A DNA stretch of 62,919 bases, the filler included, from Octopus bimaculoides (Eukaryota), in the NCBI RefSeq assembly GCF_001194135.2. It is 3 parts of 3 records of this genome, joined end to end, with 100 filler letters (N's around TTAATTAATTAA, not from the genome) between each part and the next. Parts side by side here need not be neighbours in the genome. Positions count along the whole stretch, not along the records: positions 36,758 to 62,919 come from NC_068995.1; 2 more parts are not named here. One strand, written 5' to 3'. Under the pieces are notes generated by a model. It searched no databases. It worked only from the letters and a program-made list of their open reading frames with translations, and had not been told where the DNA came from. Position 1 is the stretch's first letter. The number at the start of each line of letters is the position of its first letter. The position numbers and the translations under genes were made by a program. Positions 53,101 to 62,919 of this stretch are shown here, piece after piece.

Positions 53101-54359
53101 ATAATGTCTACGAAGCCTTATCTATTCAGCCAATTTTTTAATATCGAACTGTAGCTAAGTGGTAAACAAAAGTAATATAGAATCTGATTAACACATAATT
53201 TTAAATGTTATTCTGTATATGATATACATATATTGTATAGAAACTTTCCTTTTGAAAGTTATTTGATGGAGATTGATATAAGAGTAGAGACGGTATAAGG
53301 TTTCAAGTTTGAGAGCCTGAGAAATATTCGAACACATTTACGCTTTACTTTTAACAGATTAACTGACTTGCATTGGGTAAACAAAACAGAAAATTCAAAA
53401 AAGATCAAACAATTGAATTAAATGTATGCTACGAGGAAGAATATATTTCATTGTTTATTGTTTTACGTTGCTTTTTACCAAGAAAGGCTATTACATGTTT
53501 ATCAGATGCTACTCTTTGAATGTATACAGAAATATTTCAGTACGTTGGTCTTTTTATAAAATACGGCATACTTCAAACATTTAGTCTTAATATCAGAATA
53601 AGACGCATTAGAGTTTTGAATTAGAGTGTGAGATAGCTTTCAGTGACAAGGGTAATGCAATGTCACTTGCCTGCTAGCAAATATAATATCTGATCTTCTG
53701 CACATTCAGATGAAATCTATCGGTGTAATCAATTAAGTCACATTTTCTGGAAGTTATATATATATATATATATNNNNNNNNNNNNNNNNNNNNNNNNNNN
53801 NNNNNNNNNNNNNNNNNNNNNNNNNNNNNNNNNNNNNNNNNNNNNNNNNNNNNNNNNNNNNNNNNNNNNNNNNNNNNNNNNNNNNNNNNNNNNNNNNNNN
53901 NNNNNNNNNNNNNNNNNNNNNNNNNNNNNNNNNNNNNNNNNNNNNNNNNNNNNNNNNNNNNNNNNNNNNNNNNNNNNNNNNNNNNNNNNNNNNNNNNNNN
54001 NNNNNNNNNNNNNNNNNNNNNNNNNNNNNNNNNNNNNNNNNNNNNNNNNNNNNNNNNNNNNNNNNNNNNNNNNNNNNNNNNNNNNNNNNNNNNNNNNNNN
54101 NNNNNNNNNNNNNNNNNNNNNNNNNNNNNNNNNNNNNNNNNNNNNNNNNNNNNNNNNNNNNNNNNNNNNNNNNNNNNNNNNNNNNNNNNNNNNNNNNNNN
54201 NNNNNNNNNNNNNNNNNNNNNNNNNNNNNNNNNNNNNNNNNNNNNNNNNNNNNNNNNNNNNNNNNNNNNNNNNNNNNNNNATATTTATGTATATATATAT
54301 ATATATACATGCATCCATGAATGCATACATACATATATACGTACATACATACACATGTA

Positions 54360-55813
54360 TACTGAACTACGAAAATCAAAACGTCACTCACATATAACAG
54401 AAACAGATTTATTAACAGACTGCCATAGCATCGAAGAGTGCGAAGAAACCATTCTTTCCATGATGAAACGTCATTTCCTGAAATATCTTTGACGTCACAC
54501 AGTGTCACGTGATGACGAAGTATCCTGGATCGAAAGAGATGAATTCAATATCTCGTGTGACCCCCATTAGCATTCATTACTGCTAGGAATCGTATGTACG
54601 TTGAATGCACCAAACGATTGATGAAGGCTATAGGGATAGCAGCCAACACTCTGTTAAAACTGGCTGTGAGTTGTGCCGCAGTTGTCAGGCTTGGACGGAT
54701 ACCATTTAGCCTTGTTTGGATTTCGTTCCACAGTGCTCTGTCATGTCCTGCTCTACGTCTAGACTTAGAGCAGGATATAACAGTGTCTGGATGTTGTGTT
54801 GTTGGAAGTAGTCTGTTGTAAACCTGACAGTATGGGTACGGGCGTTGGTACGACAGTATGGGTACAGGTGATTCCAACAATGGGCAAAGTATTTCACAAT
54901 GTTAGGCCCCCAAACCTTCGTTGACGGAGCGAGCAGCGGTTACTCGAATTCCCTGGCTTTGGTCGATGTTTTGGAAGGCTACCGATCCAAGTCTCTGTTT
55001 GAGTGCAATCCCATTCCGTACCATGATGATCTGTCCTCCTCATGAATTTCTCGCCACTACAAAACCATCGGGATGACGTCCATCCCGTCTTCTTCAAAGC
55101 CTAGCTCTGCCATCTGCCACAGAAATGCCAAATCGACTTACGTCAGAGAAGACTGCGGTCCTCCACTGCTGATATCACCACTTCTGACGTCTCTGAGCCC
55201 ATTGCAGACGTGCCCTCGATGGCGATCTGTGAGGATGGGGCCCCTAGCCTGATGTCGACAAGACAAATTGAAAGATCTCGACTGGCGGCGAACTCTCTAT
55301 GGTCACTCCCTACGGTCTGCCTAACTGATTCCGTTGCCCTCCGGAATCGTTCCTGCAAGTGCTGTCGGTGCAGGTGGTGATCCTGACATGCCGCTGTTTT
55401 TAGCATTGCATCGTTCCCTCAGCCGCTCAGTTGTCCTAATAAGCAGTTAAAGTCATTAGCAATGGGCCAGGGACATTAACCAGCATTGGAGACGACCGAT
55501 GGCGTTCTCCTTCTGATTGCGTGTCAGTCTTGGCATGCTTCCTGCGTTCGAGAAATGAACGGCTGGCTAGAAAATTTAGATGCCTTTTATATCCATTTAG
55601 ACAACATTTTGACTCTGCATCAAGCTTTTCATAAAGATGCTTTCACGAGCATTACCATGTTCACGAAAATTGACCAAGTTCGAAACCTACATGCAATCTT
55701 GGTAATTTGAAAAGAGACGGAGTTGCAGGTTGGTAACAATATACAAATAATCTGGATATCGTGTGTGAAACAAATAATCTTTTACAGTGTGACGTTTAGT
55801 TTGTGGTTCAGTA
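54360..55813 (-). mobile_element. Degenerate Tc1-family transposon
   Basis: TIRs TACTGAACTACGAAAATCAAAACGTCAC and TACTGAACCACAAACTAAACGTCAC with flanking TA dinucleotides. Broken frames RLQWAQ..W.YQQWRTAVFSDVSRF and QQHNIQTLLYPALS. Confidence 0.8.
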
Positions 55814-55930
55814 TATATATATAAGATCGGAAGAGNNNNNNNNNNNNNNNNNNNNNNNNNNNNNNNNNNNNNNNNNNNNNNNNNNNNNNNNNNNNNNNNN
55901 NNNNNNNNNNNNNNNATATATATATATATA

Positions 55931-57215
55931 CAGTGGTTGGACAAAACAATGGAAGCATCTAGCATCATATCATAATTCTGAACCATTTATAAAACCGTCC
56001 AAAGCATGTTTATTTTTATGTTATTTTTATTTATAATTAGTGTTGCTTAATATGTTTTGATAAAATTGCAGTTTCGTTTCAGATATCATCAGAAAAGGGT
56101 AATTAAAATTCATTAAAATGACAGATCTATCAGACTTTCAAAGAGGTCAAATTGTTGATGCTCGTATGGCCGTCGCTAGCGTAACGAAAAGAGCAGAAAT
56201 GTTTGGTGTATCAAGAAGTACTGTCTCGAGAGTAATGACAGCCTTTGAGTATGAAGGAAAGACCTCCGCGTCGAAACAAAACTCCGGAAGAAAACCAAAT
56301 CTTTCAGATAGGGACCGTGGAAGTCTTACGCGAATTGTTAGAAATAATCACAAAAGTACGGCTCCCAAAATTACTTCAGAGTTTAATGACCACCTCAAGA
56401 ACTCAGTTTCCGCAAAACCTGATCGCCGAGAACTGCACAAAGCTGGAGGCCACGGGTGGGCTGCAATCAGAAAACCACTACTTTCTAAAACACACGTTGC
56501 ATAGCATTTAGTGTGGAGTAAAAACCTACAGATTTGGTCCCTAGAGCAGTGGGAAAATGTTATTTTCTCGGACGAGTCATCCATTACCTTATTTCCGACC
56601 ACCCGCCGAATATGCGTGTGGAGACAGCCAAAAGAAGCATTTCACCCAGACTGCCTCCTTCCAACTGTTAAACACGGAGGAAGATCTGTGATGATCTGGC
56701 GGGGGGGGGGCTATATCTTGGCTATATCTGCCGGCATAATGGTTTTCCTTCATGGCAGAATTAATAGCTAATACTATTTAAGCATTTTATCTGATCAAAT
56801 TCATCCTATGTTTGCAGAACTGTTTCCGGAGGGAAACGCAATCTTTCAAGATGATAATGCACCAATTCACATATCTGAAATTATTACTGAATGGCACAAA
56901 GTATATTCTAGTGAAATTGAACATCTTATCTGGCCATCACAGTCCCCAGATCTCAATATTACTGAACATTTATGGTGCATTGTCGAAAACCAAGTAAGGA
57001 CTCGATATCCTCCACCATCATCACTACAAGAACTGGAGACTGTTTTAGATGAAGTATGGACAAAGATTCCTTTGGAAACATTTCAAACTTTGTATGAGTC
57101 CATAACATACGCCATAGAATGGAAGCAGCAATTACTGCCAAAGGCAGTCCTACCCCATATCAAAATAAATTTGTTTGAAATTGTAAGGTGATTCCATTAT
57201 TTAGTCTCAGCCCCC
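55931..57215 (+). mobile_element. Near full-length Tc1-type transposon, DD36E spacing, pseudogenised
   Basis: TA|CAGTGGTTGGACAAAACAATGGAA 5' TIR and a degenerate 3' TIR at about 57192-57215. Transposase is split over 56118-56504, 56511-56771 and 56808-57191, with FSDES, FQDDNAP and SPDLNITE motifs and 36 residues between the second D and the E. Confidence 0.9.
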
Positions 57216-57217
57216 AT

Positions 57218-57306
<89 letters not shown>

Positions 57307-58520
57307 AAAACACGTGCATGTGTGTGTGTGCATGTGTGTGTGTTCATGTGTGTGTATGTGTGTATACACAAGCACACAGATATATCTATACATACCCACA
57401 ACGCACCCGCAAACACACACACAGAGTCAGACAATACTTCTCGAATGATATCGCGAACGAAAACTGATAGGCATTTATTCCGTCAAATTTTCGGCCTTGT
57501 GTGTCTATTATTCATTAAGAATACTTTTATTTCTTCCACGCACATTCTTAATTCATTTCATTTTCAGTTCACTTCTCTCTATTATCTATGTATACAAATA
57601 CAAACGAAATCAGAATTTAGTTTGTGCTTCAGGAACAACGCAAAGCGTGTAAAAAAGAAAAGAAAAAGGCCGATATTAAGTACTAGTTAAATACGCAATT
57701 ACAATAATGATATACAATTACAGGCGTAGAATACAAAACTAAATCCATGAAAAGACAATAAAAGCTATCAGAATATAACTATTGTGTAATCACAACACGT
57801 TTATACATGCACAGAAACACAGGTATCAATTGTATGTTGTATAAAACGTTTTACCTGAGTGAAGATGTCACAAGTTAAATGAATGCATCATGATATTGGT
57901 GATATGAATGCTTCGTAAAGTCAAGAGAAAGGATTTGCTTCTATTCAAGGTAAAACAATTCTGCATTTTTTGGAAATTTAAAAATGCAGTTTCATGCCAT
58001 AATTGTATTTGTATAATTTATATGAAAGAAATATGATGGAGTATATACGCAGGAACTTGGCTTCGACATAGCCACAGCAACGTAGTGTTGTTATTAAGAT
58101 ATATATTTGATGTCACACTTCGTTGTATTTGAATATAATATTAACTAATCGATGCAAGGATTTGCAGACATGTTACGAAATAAAACAGAAGGATAACAGT
58201 GTATCAATGGGCTCAGCAAATACACAAAAAGACAGATTATCATGTATAATGTAAATATAACACACGTTTTTACATTTACGAGTACTCACACACATATGAA
58301 TATATANNNNNNNNNNNNNNNNNNNNNNNNNNNNNNNNNNNNNNNNNNNNNNNNNNNNNNNNNNNNNNNNNNNNNNNNNNNNNNNNNNNNNNNNNNNNNN
58401 NNNNNNNNNNNNNNNNNNNNNNNNNNNNNNNNNNNNNNNNNNNNNNNNNNNNNNNNNNNNNNNNNNNNNNNNNNNNNNNNNNNNNNNNNNNNNNNNNNNN
58501 NNNNNNNNNNNNNNNNNNNN

Positions 58521-58552
<32 letters not shown>

Positions 58553-60936
58553 GTATATATACATACATATGTATATATACACACATGTATATATACGCAT
58601 GTAAATATATATATCTATATTTATCTATCTATGTAAAAATGCACGAGTGTATGTATTTGTGTGTATTCATATATATTTATAGGATTTCTCTCTATAAATT
58701 CATCCAATAACTTTCTCAATTACAGTTACTTACTACCACAAAAACGCACCGGCATCACTTCTCTTTCACTTTTCCCTCAGACTCCATCAAACCATTTGCC
58801 TCACAATGCATCGCATTGCCTTTCTTTATCCTGCTCTATACCTCTGTCTCTCATTCTCTCCTTTCTTCTGTCTCTCTGCCAGATTTAATATGCATTCATC
58901 CACAGTTCCCATGTATTCATTTCTCTCCAAAACCGACACACTTTCTGTCTAGCCATAGAGAACATAATCCTCCATGTCCCTAATATTTTGCTATAATATT
59001 ACAAGGTAAGCTCAGTTGTTGTACTTGGCACTTTTACAGATAATCAATGTTACAGTCTAACTCAGTATCTTTCGCTAAAAGTTGCTTGTAGTCGGAGTCT
59101 ATTATCTAAATCGACATTTCGGGAATAAGAAGGAAATAAGAATACTACAAAAAGAAAATACGTATCTAAATGGACAGAAGAACAAAAACAAACAAAACAA
59201 TGAGGAAACATTGAGAATGAGAAAGAGAGGGGAAATATAGCAAAAGAAAGCGCGAAATGAAATATGTCTTCAAGCCATTTAGGAGTATACATATATACCA
59301 TAAACGACAACACACATGTATATACAACTGTACGCGCGTACACGTACAGAGACAGACACTTACACACACACACACACACATATATATGGATGTATTTATA
59401 TGGAAAATCATTAATGTATGTACTTCTATAAATATAAGTATATATATATNNNNNNNNNNNNNNNNNNNNNNNNNNNNNNNNNNNNNNNNNNNNNNNNNNN
59501 NNNNNNNNNNNNNNNNNNNNNNNNNNNNNNNNNNNNNNNNNNNNNNNNNNNNNNNNNNNNNNNNNNNNNNNNNNNNNNNNNNNNNNNNNNNNNNNNNNNN
59601 NNNNNNNNNNNNNNNNNNNNNNNNNNNNNNNNNNNNNNNNNNNNNNNNNNNNNNNNNNNNNNNNNNNNNNNNNNNNNNNNNNNNNNNNNNNNNNNNNNNN
59701 NNNNNNNNNNNNNNNNNNNNNNNNNNNNNNNNNNNNNNNNNNNNNNNNNNNNNNNNNNNNNNNNNNNNNNNNNNNNNNNNNNNNNNNNNNNNNNNNNNNN
59801 NNNNNNNNNNNNNNNNNNNNNNNNNNNNNNNNNNNNNNNNNNNNNNNNNNNNNNNNNNNNNNNNNNNNNNNNNNNNNNNNNNNNNNNNNNNNNNNNNNNN
59901 NNNNNNNNNNNNNNNNNNNNNNNNNNNNNNNNNNNNNNNNNNNNNNNNNNNNNNNNNNNNNNNNNNNNNNNNNNNNNNNNNNNNNNNNNNNNNNNNNNNN
60001 NNNNNNNNNNNNNNNNNNNNNNNNNNNNNNNNNNNNNNNNNNNNNNNNNNNNNNNNNNNNNNNNNNNNNNNNNNNNNNNNNNNNNNNNNNNNNNNNNNNN
60101 NNNNNNNNNNNNNNNNNNNNNNNNNNNNNNNNNNNNNNNNNNNNNNNNNNNNNNNNNNNNNNNNNNNNNNNNNNNNNNNNNNNNNNNNNNNNNNNNNNNN
60201 NNNNNNNNNNNNNNNNNNNNNNNNNNNNNNNNNNNNNNNNNNNNNNNNNNNNNNNNNNNNNNNNNNNNNNNNNNNNNNNNNNNNNNNNNNNNNNNNNNNN
60301 NNNNNNNNNNNNNNNNNNNNNNNNNNNNNNNNNNNNNNNNNNNNNNNNNNNNNNNNNNNNNNNNNNNNNNNNNNNNNNNNNNNNNNNNNNNNNNNNNNNN
60401 NNNNNNNNNNNNNNNNNNNNNNNNNNNNNNNNNNNNNNNNNNNNNNATATATATATATATTTATATATATATATTTATATTTATGTGTGTGTTTCTTTGT
60501 GTAAAAGAATAAAGACGGAATAGATATTTACGTCATATACGTGTAGATACCGATGTATGAATATAAGCATATCACGCATAAAGTTTTATAAATACATACA
60601 TACATACATACATACATACATACATACATACATACATGTATGTGTATGCGCGCGTGTGTGTATGTATGTATATTGACTGTGGGACTAGAGGTACAGAGCA
60701 AAACTATGATTAAATGGAATACAAGAAGGTTAAGAGAGATGTACTGTTCTGAATGGAAAGAAGAAAAAAGAGATTAAGAGAATTTGGACGGAAAATATAT
60801 AAAAGAATCCATAATGTCTAAAAGAAAGATGTTAAGTGAATATACAGACAACACATCACATTTACTGACTACCGGAGGAGTGGTGTGCGGTAGTGGTAAT
60901 ACACACCACAGATAACAGTACTGATGATGATGGTGG

Positions 60937-60990
<54 letters not shown>

Positions 60991-61592
60991 CGATGAAGAT
61001 GACGATATTCAGATAAGTTGGTAACGGCGACGACAATGATGAGGACGGAGATGACGATGATCAGATAAGTTAAAGACTTCTATGTTTATGATGATGATGA
61101 TGATGATGATAACAGTAATAACGACAATTCTTTTAACGTTGAACATAATATGAGGTTTCGATAAATATGTAGCCAACAATAATAATTCCAACAGCCTCAG
61201 CAACAACAATAACCACTGCTATTCGAAAGTGCCAAAACTGTAGTAACAGAAATTTTTACGCGGGATTAATCTCTCTACAACCGCTTCATATGTGATTGTC
61301 TGCCTGCATGTATGTATGAGTTTCTCTAGCGGAGAGAGACAGAGAGAGACAGAGTGAGTGAGTGAGTAAGTGAATGAGTGAGTGTGAGAGAGAGAGAGAG
61401 AGAGAGAGGGAGTGAATATGAGAGAGACAGAAAAAGAGAGAGTGAGAGAGAGAAAGTGAGAAATAGAGGCAGAGAGAAGGACAATGGATCTATTGTTAAA
61501 TATTGTATATCTGTATGTCTGCACCTCTATCTGTCGCTCGATCACTCGGTTGATAAATCCCTGCATCCCTGCGTTCAACTATGTGCAGGTAC

Positions 61593-61625
<33 letters not shown>

Positions 61626-62919
61626 NNNNNNNNNNNNNNNNNNNNNNNNNNNNNNNNNNNNNNNNNNNNNNNNNNNNNNNNNNNNNNNNNNNNNNNNNNN
61701 NNNNNNNNNNNNNNNNNNNNNNNNNNNNNNNNNNNNNNNNNNNNNNNNNNNNNNNNNNNNNNNNNNNNNNNNNNNNNNNNNNNNNNNNNNNNNNNNNNNN
61801 NNNNNNNNNNNNNNNNNNNNNNNNNNNNNNNNNNNNNNNNNNNNNNNNNNNNNNNNNNNNNNNNNNNNNNNNNNNNNNNNNNNNNNNNNNNNNNNNNNNN
61901 NNNNNNNNNNNNNNNNNNNNNNNNNNNNNNNATATATATATATATATATATATATACAAATACATATAACGATAGACAGAAAAGGAGAGGGAAGGTGGGA
62001 GAGATATTTATACGAAGATATGGGCAGGGGCAGGCAGGCATACAGACAAACAGATAGATAATAGATAGACAGATAGAGAAGCAGATATATAGATGGATAG
62101 ATGGATAGAAAAAAGAGAGATATCGGTAGCTCTACATAAAAAGGGGGAATTGTTTAAGAGCATTCAAAGAAGCATCTGTGGATGAGTACATGCATGGATA
62201 TTTTCATACATACCAATACATTCGCTAACATAGAGAAATCTATAGATCGATAGTTTAGCGATAGAGAGGTGGAGAGATATACGGGAATAGAATGAATGAG
62301 GGGAGTGGATGCATCCAGTTGATGTTTCTAGAAGAGAAGACAGCAAAGCATTGCTGATATCAATAGCATATTGAAAGAATGACAGGCTAATGTCGATTAT
62401 GCCTGTAAGGATTCTGAACATGGTTTATGGATTTTTCTCGCTAAAATATCTAAAGAACTCTACTGATAGCATACTCTGATTCTTCTATAGGTTTATAGAC
62501 AGCAACAACGAAATGTATCTGATGTAATAGATTCTTTTAAATCCCAGCATAAGTAAATTTATCACTTACTGCGCAGAAACATACATAGACTCACACACAG
62601 ATGCATANNNNNNNNNNATACGTCTATGCTTGCATCGAAAGGAGAAAAGCACAAAACAAACGCTAGAAACAAATAACCATTTCTTTTTTCCTCTGTTACT
62701 CGGAGTTTCCAACATTTGAATATTAATGAATATTTGAATATTAAATTCAGCGTACTATTTGCACATAACACTCTGAGTAAGAAATATTTTACAATGAACC
62801 TATATTCAATAGCTTGCTAAAATGCATTTATGTACATATATATGTATGTATGTATGTAAGTATGTATGTATGTATGTATGTATGTATGTATGTATGTGTA
62901 TATATATATATATATATAT

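Noticed and set aside
62491-62552. Possible small plus-strand exon (ttcttctatag|...VYRQQQRNVSDVIDSFKSQH...|gtaaat)
   Set aside because: Weak donor, no partner exons and no recognisable homology.

Overview
AT-rich, gap-riddled animal genomic DNA packed with microsatellites and tRNA-derived SINEs. The repeat landscape suggests an octopod cephalopod; this is an inference, not a database match. The main result is a head-to-head pair of paralogous spliced genes that the ORF track shows only as fragments. Gene A (minus strand) can be assembled completely: a non-coding exon ending at 12275, then five coding exons (9815-9488, 7828-7737, 5850-5699, 3462-3356, 1410-1358). All junctions are GT-AG and phase-compatible, giving a 243-aa secreted protein with a signal peptide, an 8-Cys PAN/apple-like module and a Cys-free C-terminal domain I cannot name. 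Gene B (plus strand; exons ending at 17870, 19759-20085, 21537-21628) has the same exon architecture, but I cannot find its last three exons. Between the two genes lie a Helitron remnant and a (CCCTAA)n-(TTAGGG)n palindrome. Gene A intron 1 carries two inverted repeats, one covering its 3' splice-site pyrimidine tract. At 25.9-30.9 kb, non-LTR retroelements (two R4/Dong-like, two Tx1/L1-like, SINEs) are stacked, mostly between (TTA)n arrays. The right third holds a mariner, a Tc1 and a DD36E Tc1-type transposon, all inactivated. There are no CRISPR arrays, rRNA genes or credible tRNA genes. All alignments and counts were done by hand.
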